The notes beneath the pieces are model-generated. The model saw only the letters and a program-made list of their open reading frames with translations. It made no database searches and was not told the DNA's origin. From a virus (taxonomy: Duplodnaviria; Caudoviricetes), in IMG/VR virus record IMGVR_UViG_3300032313_001910, positions 1 through 59,939 of that record: a stretch of 59,939 bases of DNA. One strand, written 5' to 3'. Shown one piece after another: positions 36,081-46,107 of the stretch; the stretch's first letter is position 1; each line of letters opens with the position of its first letter. The position numbers and the translations under genes were made by a program.

Positions 36081-38762
36081 ATGGCAGATTTTATATCAGA
36101 TTTTGGAGGCGGACTTAGGAATAGATTAATCCCTACTGGAGATGCACTACAGAGAAAAATAGATTTTCAGAGGGATAAGTTTCTAAAGGGAATATCGACC
36201 ACAAAGCACGGGAAAAAAGAAGATCCCACATACCTTTATTTTAAATTTATTTTTGATTTTGGTGACACTTCTTCTCTTGACGAAGAGGGTACTTTTTTAC
36301 CTATTTCTCCACTTTTTAGGAGATCTTCTGATGGATCACTCACAGAATCAGATTACGAAGCAGCATTTTCTAAAAGAGTTCAAGAGCAAGTCGCTTCGAA
36401 TCAGGCCGGTCCTACAGGAGGAATTCCAAACCCAACAACAGTACAACAACTTACTGATCCTGCCTCAGCGGGAGGATTTGGTACCGACACTGATTTTTTC
36501 TACGGAAGTAAGTTCAAATTAAATGGAATGATTAATACTGGTGCTTTTCCTGTGCACCAACCTTTAGCTTATGTCGGGGCACAAGAGTTTTTAAAAAGAA
36601 GATCAGATAAAAGATCCCAGATGATAGAGGCTTTTAAAAATGGATTGGATCACATCAATAGAAATTGCCCATATTATTTTCAAAGCCTTTCTGGATTGGA
36701 AACACTTTTAAAGGTTGATATACAAAACTATCACAAAAAAGGAAGCGCACCAAGAAGAGCAGGTACATTAACTATAGATTGTTTAGAATCTATTGACATG
36801 AGACTTTCTGCTATTGCAGAACTTTATAGAAAAGCTATTTATGATTATACACATCATAGGATAATGCTTCCCGAAAACCTCCGAAAATTTAGAATGTATT
36901 TGGTTATTACCGAAATACGAAATATACAATTAACTTATGGAATTAATGATATTTTAAATCCTTTTTCTATAGGATCTGTTGCACAAGCTGCTAACTTTTT
37001 AGATAGTTTTAATAGTCAAACTGGATTACTAGACGAAGCAGCGGGTCTTTTACAAAAATCAACAAATTCTCAAAATATAGGAGCAGATAAGGTGGGATCT
37101 TATGATATGATGCCTTATGCCTGGATTTATAAACTTGACCAATGCGAATTTGATTTTGACGAGACGTACCCTTCTTTTGGAACTATTGATAACAAGGGGG
37201 GACAACAAGTTTCAACTAAATTTAAAATTCATGTAGGAAGAGTAAAAGATTATAAAATACAATTTAACCAATTGGCAGATACTGTTAAGAAGGATAACAA
37301 TATTCAACAAATGGTTTTAGCTGATATTTGGGGAGGACCAAACTCTCCGTACAATTCTTTAGATTATGTTTCCACACAAGGTCTGAAATTTCCTACTGAG
37401 GGAGCTGATTCTGCAGGATTTTTTGCACAATTAGCTTCTGATTTTATTACTAACACCGTTGCAGATTTAAAAAATCAGGGTGTGTCTATAGTAGAGGGAG
37501 AGTTACTAGGAAACATCTATGGATTCCAACTTTCAAATCTCCAGCAAGGAGCACAGAGTGTTCAAGGTCTATCTGGATTAATTAACGGAGGAGCCCCTAC
37601 ACCTTTTAGTGATACCAGGCCACAGACTCAGGGATTAGGAGGACCAGGAGAAAGAGCATATCCTGCGATAAATGACGATGTTTATTTAGGTGTACCAGAA
37701 CCCACTCCAGAAAACTTAGGTAACGTATTACCAGGTTCAGGTCAACCCGGAACACCAACTGCTACAGACGTTTATGGAAACGTTCCTGGTTCGGATCTTG
37801 GTTTACCTGATAGAACATATCCTGTTAACAATGATGACCAATACGGAAACACTCCCGGATCGGATCTTGGAGTTCCTGGAAGAGTTTATCCTCCCCCTGG
37901 GGGAGATCAATATCAGGATGTTCCTGGTACAGATTTAGGTCTACCTAATAGAATTTACCCTTCTAATAATGACGATCAATACAACAATGTTCCTGGAGCA
38001 GAGTTGGGGGTTCCAGGAAGGGTTTATCCTCCACCCGGAGGGGACCAATATGCTGATGTTCCGGGGGCAGATTTAGGCCTACCTAATAGAACTTACCCTG
38101 TTAATAATGATGATCAATATCCAGATGTTCCTGGAGCAGAGTTGGGGGTTCCAGGAAGGGTTTATCCTAGTCTAAATGACGACCAATATCCAGATGTTCC
38201 CGGGGCAGATTTAGGCCTACCTAATAGAACTTATCCTGGTAATAATGATGATCAATATCCAGATGTTCCTGGAGCAGAACTCGGAGCTCCTAATAGAATT
38301 TATTCAGATCCTTCAGTAGATTTATATCCAACTTCTTCTGGACCAGATCTTGGACTTCCTGCTAGACAGTATACTGGTGCACAGGGAGACGAATATCCAG
38401 GGGTACCAGGTTTAGATCTAGGGGTTCTTGGAAGAGTTTATAATGAACCCAATGAAGACGTCTACCCAACATCTGAAGGATCCGATCTAGGTTTACCAGA
38501 CAGAGAATACAAAAATCCAGGCGGCGATGAATACCCCGGAGTTCCCGGAGAAGATCTTGGTCTGGTTGGTAGGGTTTATGATGAACCCGTAGAAGATATC
38601 TATCAAACATCGGATGGACCAGATTTGGGTCTTCCCTCCAGAGTTTATCCCTCGATAAATTCAGACGAATACCAAACAACAACGAGTAACGACGTTCTAA
38701 GAATCGGAAGAGTCTATCCAAACACCAATTCACAAGAAACTTCTCAGAATGATAATCTATAA
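36081..38762 (+). CDS. Probable baseplate/tail protein with C-terminal 23-aa repeats
   Basis: EDPTYLYF, LTIDCLESIDMR..ELYRKAIYD and LPENLRKFRM suggest a tube-like fold; lies in the baseplate operon. Confidence 0.5.
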   Translation: MADFISDFGGGLRNRLIPTGDALQRKIDFQRDKFLKGISTTKHGKKEDPTYLYFKFIFDFGDTSSLDEEGTFLPISPLFRRSSDGSLTESDYEAAFSKRVQEQVASNQAGPTGGIPNPTTVQQLTDPASAGGFGTDTDFFYGSKFKLNGMINTGAFPVHQPLAYVGAQEFLKRRSDKRSQMIEAFKNGLDHINRNCPYYFQSLSGLETLLKVDIQNYHKKGSAPRRAGTLTIDCLESIDMRLSAIAELYRKAIYDYTHHRIMLPENLRKFRMYLVITEIRNIQLTYGINDILNPFSIGSVAQAANFLDSFNSQTGLLDEAAGLLQKSTNSQNIGADKVGSYDMMPYAWIYKLDQCEFDFDETYPSFGTIDNKGGQQVSTKFKIHVGRVKDYKIQFNQLADTVKKDNNIQQMVLADIWGGPNSPYNSLDYVSTQGLKFPTEGADSAGFFAQLASDFITNTVADLKNQGVSIVEGELLGNIYGFQLSNLQQGAQSVQGLSGLINGGAPTPFSDTRPQTQGLGGPGERAYPAINDDVYLGVPEPTPENLGNVLPGSGQPGTPTATDVYGNVPGSDLGLPDRTYPVNNDDQYGNTPGSDLGVPGRVYPPPGGDQYQDVPGTDLGLPNRIYPSNNDDQYNNVPGAELGVPGRVYPPPGGDQYADVPGADLGLPNRTYPVNNDDQYPDVPGAELGVPGRVYPSLNDDQYPDVPGADLGLPNRTYPGNNDDQYPDVPGAELGAPNRIYSDPSVDLYPTSSGPDLGLPARQYTGAQGDEYPGVPGLDLGVLGRVYNEPNEDVYPTSEGSDLGLPDREYKNPGGDEYPGVPGEDLGLVGRVYDEPVEDIYQTSDGPDLGLPSRVYPSINSDEYQTTTSNDVLRIGRVYPNTNSQETSQNDNL
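37767..38732 (+). repeat. 14 copies of a 23-aa (69-bp) repeat DxYxxxPGxDLGxPxRxYPxxxx
   Basis: Read from the translation, e.g. DQYADVPGADLGLPNRTYPVNND / DQYPDVPGAELGVPGRVYPSLND, alternating in A/B pairs. Confidence 0.92.
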
Positions 38763-38767
38763 AAATA

Positions 38768-39634
38768 TTGGATATGACTGTAGTAAATTCGAAAAGATTA
38801 AAAGAATCTAATGCTGAAATCACACACTATTTGGGTGTGGTTGTAGATAATAAAGACCCCGAATTTAGGGGAAGAGCCAAGGTTAAAGTTTTTGGGTTAT
38901 TTGATGATATTCCAGATGCTGATTTACCATGGGCATACCAAAGATTTGATATGTCTTTTGGTCTGGGCGGAGGATCTGGTAGAATGTCAGTTCCCAAACT
39001 CGGATCTGTAGTTCATGTTCAATTTAATAATGGTAATTATTATAGTCCGGAGTATAAAGCAGTTCAAGAGCTTTCACCGGATTTAATAGACGAGATATCA
39101 AGAAGTTATGATGGAGCTCATTCTCTGATTTATGATGGTATAGAACAGTTAAAAATATACTATACTGTTGAAAAGGGTCTTGTGATCGATCTAAAAGAAT
39201 CTAAGATCATTATAAGAAACGATAATTCTATTCTAATCACCCACGCAGACGAAACTTCCTCTATAGAATTAAAGGGAGGAAAAATAACTAAATATGCAGA
39301 CCAAGAAATAGAAAACACTGCTATAACTAGGATCAAGAATTCATCTGAGGAAGTTTGGATGGATGGAAAAACCACTAATCTGGGACATTCACCCCTCTTT
39401 TCTGCTGTTTGTGCTGAACCTCTCTGGGACTTTTTAAAAAAATTAGCAATAGCTGTAGATACAAAACTTCCTTCCACTCCAGGGGTTATGTCGACTCTGG
39501 CTTCTAGTTTTGAGCAATTAGCCACGAGTCAAACTGTTAGGGTAACAAGAGAGAACTTCCCCGAAGTGCCTAGTGTTCCTGCAGAAAATAACTTTCCGGT
39601 CTCTTTAGGACCTACTGGAGCAACTGGAGGTTAA
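38768..39634 (+). CDS. gp5: Baseplate central spike, gp5/VgrG/gpV-type OB-fold, no lysozyme domain
   Basis: YLGVVVDNKDPEFRGRAKVKVFG..LPWA..VPKLGSVVHVQFNNGNYYSPEY followed by short beta-strand repeats. Confidence 0.8.
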   Translation: MDMTVVNSKRLKESNAEITHYLGVVVDNKDPEFRGRAKVKVFGLFDDIPDADLPWAYQRFDMSFGLGGGSGRMSVPKLGSVVHVQFNNGNYYSPEYKAVQELSPDLIDEISRSYDGAHSLIYDGIEQLKIYYTVEKGLVIDLKESKIIIRNDNSILITHADETSSIELKGGKITKYADQEIENTAITRIKNSSEEVWMDGKTTNLGHSPLFSAVCAEPLWDFLKKLAIAVDTKLPSTPGVMSTLASSFEQLATSQTVRVTRENFPEVPSVPAENNFPVSLGPTGATGG

Positions 39635-39636
39635 AT

Positions 39637-42600
39637 ATGGCAGATAATTTTGAAAGCAGAATAGACAAACTCCTTAGTGTAGATCCGACAGAGCTGACGT
39701 CAGATTTTGTAATTAAGACGATAGCACCGGATATAGATCTCAACAAGCCTTATGTGGATCCTCAAAGTAAAGAGGGGGCAGAAAAAATACAATCCGACCT
39801 AAAAAAAGAGGTAGACAATCTTTTTTCTAGTTTACAACCAAAACCTCTTTCTATATCTGCTTCTAGGGTTGATGAATTAGCTTGTTTGTGTGAGGGAGAT
39901 TCTTTATATGCTTTGATCCTATTGGAGATAACAAAAGTTAAAAAACCATCTATTTACGAAAAAGCCATTAGAGAAGGGGTTGATAAACCAAGAAACATAA
40001 ACCCCGAAGATATTGGAATAAAAACTAATATCATCGAAAGAAAAAATTGCCCAGCTTCTAAGGAGGTAATAGAATTTTTAGAAGCTAATGATCCATCTTT
40101 CTTGTTAGAAATTAATGAAGAAATTTTTGATAACTTAGATCCTTTAGTTCTTGGAAAACCCAGCAACTCTTCAGTTAAGAAAAAAAGGAGCTTAAATATT
40201 CTGGGATTTCCTCTTCCTCTTGAGGTTATAATGGCAGGCACAACACCTGTTTATTTTAAATTGGATAGTCAAAAGAAAACAAATCAGGAGGCTATCAATA
40301 AGATCAATGAGATAATACAGAAAGCTAATCAAAATTCTAAAGGGTGTGATACTGAAAAAGAAAATTCAGATCTAGTAGATAGGAACTTAACTTCTAGAAT
40401 AGAAGATTATGATGCTAACTTTTTTCCTGACGGAGATGATCCTGCAATAGATCCTGACTGTTTTATTGGGTATGCAGAAGATCCTGTTACTGGTGATGTC
40501 ATTCAAACTTCTGCTGATGTTTTAGAAACATTTGATGATTTTTGTGATCCTCCACCTTTTGATTTTTCCGGTCTTAATCCAAACGAACCTGACCCAGAGC
40601 CTGCTCAAATTGATCCTAGTACTATACAGGCTTGTTTAGATTCTGCTTTAGATAAAGTCAACGAGATCCAAAAATCCACTCAGGAATTAGGGAGATGGCA
40701 AAAAATAGAAATGGACCTGCAGGAAATACTTTATCATATAGATATTATTCATGATTTTCAAAAGGATCTAGTTGATTTTTGGAGACAAAGGATAGGTGTT
40801 CCCCAAGAAGGACAGGAAAAACCTGTTGATCTAGTTTTTCAAATATTACTCTATAACGACCTGATATTAAATAAAGGGCAAGAAATACAAAAACAAAAAC
40901 TAGATCTAAAAAATTCACAGAACATTTTCGTCCAGAATAATCCTATTTTTAATAGCGATCTTTTTAGCATATCTTTAACAGACACTGAATTTTCTGGAAC
41001 ACAACTTCTAGATTTTTTCACACAATCCACGAACGGAAACAATAGTTTTATTAATATCAACCAAGAAAATAACACATATCCCATAAATGAGGCTATAAGT
41101 TTATTTACTGAAAAAATAGAGGAGATTAGGTATATTCTAATAAAAAATAACTTTATAAATTTATTAGAAGAAGACCTCGAAGATCTTTTTTCTGTTAGAC
41201 AATCTTATATTGAGTCCCTGGCTCAAAAAAAGGGAATTCAACCAGAAGAGATAGATCCAGAAAATCTAAATCCTCTTTTTGCTGGATTCAATCCGACGTT
41301 TAGCCTTTACCTACTTGCGGTACAGAGGGTATTTGAAGTTGCTCCTCTCCCTATCGGACTCCAGATCGGACAAGATGGAAGGGGATTTGAATTTATAAAA
41401 AAAGTCAAAGATTTTTCTGCTAGGTTCACCGACATTTCAGTGGATTTCACAACAGGGCTTTTAAAATTTACATTTGCTTATCCTGCAGATTTTGGATTTC
41501 CCTTACCTTATAAGCTAGTTGAAAAACCAGCAAAGCTTTCTATTACTGGGGAATCCACTAATCCTATAGAGCAAGTTCTTGAGCCCGATATTGAAAAAAT
41601 CAGAATAGGAAATGAATATGGGGCTAATGGCGGTCTTTTAATAGGTTACCCATCAGATTATCTTACACCAGTACCTAATTTTTATGATTTTGTAAATATT
41701 AGAACAGGTCAAGACGATGTTACAGATTTTTATTCTTTTATTGAAAGAGTTATCAACACATCAGATTCTAAGCAGGATATAATAAATGAAATGGTTTCTT
41801 CCCATGGCGTCTTGTACGGGCAACTCATAGAGAAATCAGCTTCAACTTGGTTATTTTTTAATCCAACAGAAAGAGGTGACAACGATGCCAGAGATCCTAG
41901 TAAATTAAGACCATCTAGCTATATTGGAGACGGAGAACCCAACCAACAATTTAGAGACTTCTGGGGAAATTTTAAACCTAAGTGGAGTGAAAAGTATAAC
42001 CAAAATAAGCAGAGTTTTGTAGATCCTGCTATCAGAGACATAAAGGAACAATCAAAAAATGCTGCACAAGGATTAGCCGAAACTCTACCTATTTTTGACG
42101 AGGTTACTGTCTCTATATTTGATTCATATTTTGAAATTAAAAGGAGAAAAGATCAAATAGAGGAGTTACTTCTTATTGCAGCTCAGAAGAGAGAAGAAAA
42201 AGAAGAAGAGACCTCAGGAGAGTCAGTTAGAACTAAATTTCAAAGTTGTAATTGTGGAGGAGAAGGAGAAATATCAGATCAGGAAAATTGCCCACCTGCT
42301 TGTTGTGGAGATGCTGGATCTGATTTTAATTTTGGTGATTTTTTAACTTCGCTCCCTCCTGCTTCAGATTGTCCTACGATTTATCAAACTTGCTGGTGGA
42401 AAAAATTCTGTGAACATGCTACGACAGTTGGATTATTACCTTATCCTAACGGAATACCACCAATAGAGGATCCTTCATTTTTTCTTGCTCAAGGTCCTTC
42501 TGTTCGTTTTGGTTTAAAATATTGGCCAGTTGGCTATCTTCCACCTGCTTTTATTCCTATACCTATTCCGAATCCTATTGATGGACAACCTTATATTAGG

Positions 42601-44721
42601 ATTCCTCTTCCTATGATCTGGAATGTTATTCCTCCTATAATATTGCCTTTACCGTTAGGATTAGGAATGATAGTTATTTTTATTCCTCTCATAGGAGGAT
42701 TTATGCCTACTCCTCTCGTGTATCTTAAAGAATTTATCACAGGAAGCTCTTTATTTTTAACGGGAATTAGAGGACCAAGATTTATTCCAAGAAGATCAGA
42801 TCCACCCCTCCCCGATCCTCTGGAACAAATTAAACAGGCACTAACTTTTGGAATCCCGGATAAACTAATCCCGTTACCTAACTTTGGATTAGATGATATA
42901 GATTCACCAGAAAGAATTCTTAGCGATCTTCAAACAAATTTTACCAAGATATTTGATAGTGTTCCTGCCCCAGGAAATATGAATGCTATAAGGAATTTAC
43001 AGGACAGGGAGATAGCTTTAAAAGCAGAGATAGATGGTAAAATTAAAGATTATCAAAAACAGGCAGCTCTTTTGGATGTTCCAGAGCCGGATGTAAATGC
43101 ACAAAAAGAAGCTCTTAGAGGCTTAATACAGGAAAGAAAAAATGCTCTAATCACAACGATTAAGGATTATATAGAAACGGGTATACCTGAGCCAAAATCT
43201 ATAGTTTTTCCTAAGGACAAAGATAAACTAAAAACTGATATCCCTGGTATTGTCAAATCTTTCTTGGATCTCAAAGACATGAAGGCTAGTTTTGTTCCTT
43301 TAAAGTGCCCTGAATATGTTAACATAAAGGAGGAAATTAAAGAGATTCTAAAACTTCTAAAAATTCCTACGCCTTCGCAATATTCTTCTGAAAATTCTGA
43401 ATTATCAAATCAAAGTAAAATTTTCCTTCGTGTGAATAAAGATCCACGTAGTATGAACGGGGTGGAGTTCGGCGAATTGGTAGACGGGATAAGATCCACT
43501 TCTCTGGTTATAACTCATATCCTTATGAGGGGGAACAAATTTTCCGTGTTGGAAAAAATAAAAGGTGGGTCATTTTCATCACTCTCGTTTTGCGATTACG
43601 GAGGGACATTTTCATTTCCACCACTAAGCATTACCAATTCTGCTCCTTCCCCTTTAGATCTTCCCAAGGTTTCCAATCCTATAATCGAAGAGATTTATCT
43701 AAGACTTATGGACGGAATGTCTTCAGCACAATATACTCCACAAGATTTTGCTAGATATGTGAGATATGATGGAGAAACCCCACAAATGGTTATTAGGGTT
43801 AAGGACCTCAAAAAATTAATCTCTAAAAAACTGGGTTTATCGAGAAGGGGTCCATTCGAGCTAGAAAGACCACTGGATTTAGAAGAACCACTAATTTCTA
43901 GATTTCCCCATCCAGAAGGTCCTTTGTGCTGTCTAGAATCTCTAAGCGGCGGGTTTGGTAATGCTATTTCAGCTTTTGAGCTGACCACATTATTTCCTCC
44001 TAAACAAGACCAACTTTCTCAGAGTCCTGGTTTAGGTGGAATACCACAAATAACTATACCCGGTTCAGTGATAAAGGGTTTTGTTAAAGAAGCAGTGGGA
44101 ACTGTTTTAAATGGTGGAATTTTAGAACAATTAATGCCAGAGATCAATGACATTGATTCACCAAAATTCATCAATCTACAGCCACAGGATATACAGAAAA
44201 TGGCCAGGAATTTAGTCAGAGATACACTTAACCCAGAAGGTGCTATTCCACCATTTTTAGAACTTACCCAGGTTCCCGTTTTGCCCTTGGCCAGGCCAAC
44301 CGATATGGTAGAGCAAGTTTCTGTTGGATTAGGGGTTCCTCCTATAGCAAGGTTACCACAGAGTCTTTTGTGGCAATATTTATTGGGATCCCCAAAAAGT
44401 CCCCTTCCGGAAGAAATAATCCAGCCGGTTGTCAAATTGGCTTCCTCCCTCCTTTCTAATGTTCCGTGGCCAATAGCTGTTCTTTTGGGAAGAAATGTAA
44501 TTAATTTAATTAACCCACTGCGTCTCAGAGATGACCACCCAGCATGGAGAAGAATGAGTTTAAATAATACACTCTATGTGGTCTATTTAGATGAATTTTT
44601 AAGATCTGCTGCAGATGTCTCTGGCCTCTTTAAATTCTTCTTTGGTGCTGCTGATCCTGTTTATCCATTACCAGAGCTTCCTGATGAACTACAAAAAGCT
44701 TTTAGCATCAAAAAAATATAA
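39637..44721 (+). CDS. Large (1694 aa) hypothetical protein, probably virion-associated
   Basis: Long ORF right after the spike gene, with coiled-coil, Cys-rich and Pro-rich hydrophobic segments; family not recognised. Confidence 0.6.
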   Translation: MADNFESRIDKLLSVDPTELTSDFVIKTIAPDIDLNKPYVDPQSKEGAEKIQSDLKKEVDNLFSSLQPKPLSISASRVDELACLCEGDSLYALILLEITKVKKPSIYEKAIREGVDKPRNINPEDIGIKTNIIERKNCPASKEVIEFLEANDPSFLLEINEEIFDNLDPLVLGKPSNSSVKKKRSLNILGFPLPLEVIMAGTTPVYFKLDSQKKTNQEAINKINEIIQKANQNSKGCDTEKENSDLVDRNLTSRIEDYDANFFPDGDDPAIDPDCFIGYAEDPVTGDVIQTSADVLETFDDFCDPPPFDFSGLNPNEPDPEPAQIDPSTIQACLDSALDKVNEIQKSTQELGRWQKIEMDLQEILYHIDIIHDFQKDLVDFWRQRIGVPQEGQEKPVDLVFQILLYNDLILNKGQEIQKQKLDLKNSQNIFVQNNPIFNSDLFSISLTDTEFSGTQLLDFFTQSTNGNNSFININQENNTYPINEAISLFTEKIEEIRYILIKNNFINLLEEDLEDLFSVRQSYIESLAQKKGIQPEEIDPENLNPLFAGFNPTFSLYLLAVQRVFEVAPLPIGLQIGQDGRGFEFIKKVKDFSARFTDISVDFTTGLLKFTFAYPADFGFPLPYKLVEKPAKLSITGESTNPIEQVLEPDIEKIRIGNEYGANGGLLIGYPSDYLTPVPNFYDFVNIRTGQDDVTDFYSFIERVINTSDSKQDIINEMVSSHGVLYGQLIEKSASTWLFFNPTERGDNDARDPSKLRPSSYIGDGEPNQQFRDFWGNFKPKWSEKYNQNKQSFVDPAIRDIKEQSKNAAQGLAETLPIFDEVTVSIFDSYFEIKRRKDQIEELLLIAAQKREEKEEETSGESVRTKFQSCNCGGEGEISDQENCPPACCGDAGSDFNFGDFLTSLPPASDCPTIYQTCWWKKFCEHATTVGLLPYPNGIPPIEDPSFFLAQGPSVRFGLKYWPVGYLPPAFIPIPIPNPIDGQPYIRIPLPMIWNVIPPIILPLPLGLGMIVIFIPLIGGFMPTPLVYLKEFITGSSLFLTGIRGPRFIPRRSDPPLPDPLEQIKQALTFGIPDKLIPLPNFGLDDIDSPERILSDLQTNFTKIFDSVPAPGNMNAIRNLQDREIALKAEIDGKIKDYQKQAALLDVPEPDVNAQKEALRGLIQERKNALITTIKDYIETGIPEPKSIVFPKDKDKLKTDIPGIVKSFLDLKDMKASFVPLKCPEYVNIKEEIKEILKLLKIPTPSQYSSENSELSNQSKIFLRVNKDPRSMNGVEFGELVDGIRSTSLVITHILMRGNKFSVLEKIKGGSFSSLSFCDYGGTFSFPPLSITNSAPSPLDLPKVSNPIIEEIYLRLMDGMSSAQYTPQDFARYVRYDGETPQMVIRVKDLKKLISKKLGLSRRGPFELERPLDLEEPLISRFPHPEGPLCCLESLSGGFGNAISAFELTTLFPPKQDQLSQSPGLGGIPQITIPGSVIKGFVKEAVGTVLNGGILEQLMPEINDIDSPKFINLQPQDIQKMARNLVRDTLNPEGAIPPFLELTQVPVLPLARPTDMVEQVSVGLGVPPIARLPQSLLWQYLLGSPKSPLPEEIIQPVVKLASSLLSNVPWPIAVLLGRNVINLINPLRLRDDHPAWRRMSLNNTLYVVYLDEFLRSAADVSGLFKFFFGAADPVYPLPELPDELQKAFSIKKI

Positions 44722-44778
44722 TAAAATTGGAAATCTTTCCACAATCTTTGGATACAAAATAAGTAAAACTCTACAAAA

Positions 44779-45894
44779 ATGAAAAAAGGAAAATACAGTT
44801 GTTACGATTACGAACAAGCAGAGAGAGAAACTCTTGAAAAATTTTATTCAGACTCTCTTCCTGAAGAATTTGGCGCTTCTTGGTTCAAAGGAAAAGATCT
44901 ACAGGATAATTCCTCTACTAAGGTTAGAATAACAATCCACAACAAAGAAAACGGAACACTAATTGGGGAAACTCTCTTTGGACAGTCAATCGTTATCAAT
45001 CTTAAAAAAGAGGAAAAGAGCCTTAGAAAAATGGGATACCCCAATATCCAAGCTGAGATAGGAGATCTTATTGATGTGGTTGTGTATAAGGATGTCACTG
45101 GATCTTTTAATGGATCTCTTTCTGCAGGATATGAAAAAGTCCTGAGAGAGGAACTATTTAAAGCAATAAAGAATGAAGATTGCGCATTCTCCGTAAAAGT
45201 TAAGAGCGTATGCAACGGAGGATTTATGGTAGACCTGACTGGTCTTGAATGTTTTCTTCCTGGAAGTCTTGCAGCTGCAAACAGAATCATGAATTTCCAA
45301 GATTATGTTGGAAAACAGATTAACGTTATGATAGAGATGTATGATCAAAAAAGGGATATTTTTGTAGTTTCCTTCAAAAAATATCTAGGAAAGATTATAA
45401 CAGGAAAAGTTAGGGAACTTTCATTTAGTGAAAATTATGAGGGAACTGTTACTGGGACTTCTGCTAATGGTGTTTTTGTTGAATGGAATGATATTTTTAC
45501 AGGAATGATTCCTTTTGAAGAAAAAAATAAAGAAAAATTAGAAGGTTTAAAGCAGGGAGATACAATATCTTTTTATGTTGTTGACATTAAAAATCCACAA
45601 AGAATCACTCTTTCTCATACCGAGCCAAACCAAAAAATGAAAAATCTCCAAGAGCTTAAGGATAACTCCGGTGAAGTTTTAGGCGAAACTTATGAAACGA
45701 AAATATATAAAGGGGAGGTAACTAAATTAAAAACCTTCGGTGTTTTTGTTAAATTAGAAAACGGAATGACAGGACTTATTGAGAGGGAGAAATTAGTTAA
45801 CACTATTAAAGATTATGAGGAGGGACAATCGGTAAATTGCTCAGTCTCTAGCGTGGATCCATCCACACTAAAAGTGCAATTAATTGAGGTTTAG
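44779..45894 (+). CDS. rpsA: Ribosomal protein S1-like protein (about four S1/OB domains)
   Basis: VKVKSVCNGGFMVDLTGLECFLPGSL..YVGKQINVMI..IFVVSFKKYL matches bS1 domain 2. Further S1 repeats are YEGTVTGTSANGVFVEW..TGMI and YKGEVTKLKTFGVFVKLENGMTGLI. Confidence 0.85.
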   Translation: MKKGKYSCYDYEQAERETLEKFYSDSLPEEFGASWFKGKDLQDNSSTKVRITIHNKENGTLIGETLFGQSIVINLKKEEKSLRKMGYPNIQAEIGDLIDVVVYKDVTGSFNGSLSAGYEKVLREELFKAIKNEDCAFSVKVKSVCNGGFMVDLTGLECFLPGSLAAANRIMNFQDYVGKQINVMIEMYDQKRDIFVVSFKKYLGKIITGKVRELSFSENYEGTVTGTSANGVFVEWNDIFTGMIPFEEKNKEKLEGLKQGDTISFYVVDIKNPQRITLSHTEPNQKMKNLQELKDNSGEVLGETYETKIYKGEVTKLKTFGVFVKLENGMTGLIEREKLVNTIKDYEEGQSVNCSVSSVDPSTLKVQLIEV

Positions 45895-45922
45895 TACCTA
45901 ATCATAATGGGTTTTTTGAATT

Positions 45923-45959
45923 AGAGTTTTACTTAGATATCTAAGTAAAACTCTTTTTT
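45923..45959 (+). terminator. Perfect 32-bp palindrome plus T-tract, probable terminator
   Basis: AGAGTTTTACTTAGAT|ATCTAAGTAAAACTCT then TTTTT, 28 nt after the S1 stop. Confidence 0.7.
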
Positions 45960-45963
45960 ATTT

Positions 45964-46104
45964 ATGGTTGTTTATAAAACAACAAACTTAATTAATAGTA
46001 AGATCTATATAGGAAAAAACTCAAAGAATGATCCTAAATTATATTGGACCAGGAAAGATTATAAAAAGATTAAAGAATTTATCTTTTCCTTTGTGAATAT
46101 ATAG
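45964..46104 (+). pseudogene. GIY-YIG homing endonuclease remnant
   Basis: Hand translation MVVYKTTNLINSKIYIGKNSKNDPK, continuing after a one-base frameshift as YIGPGKIIKRLK; this is the typical Seg-like N-terminus. The rest of the gene is absent. Confidence 0.8.
46096..46103 (+). promoter_or_regulatory. Putative late promoter AATATATA
   Basis: 4 nt before ATG 46108. Confidence 0.45.
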
Positions 46105-46107
46105 AAC

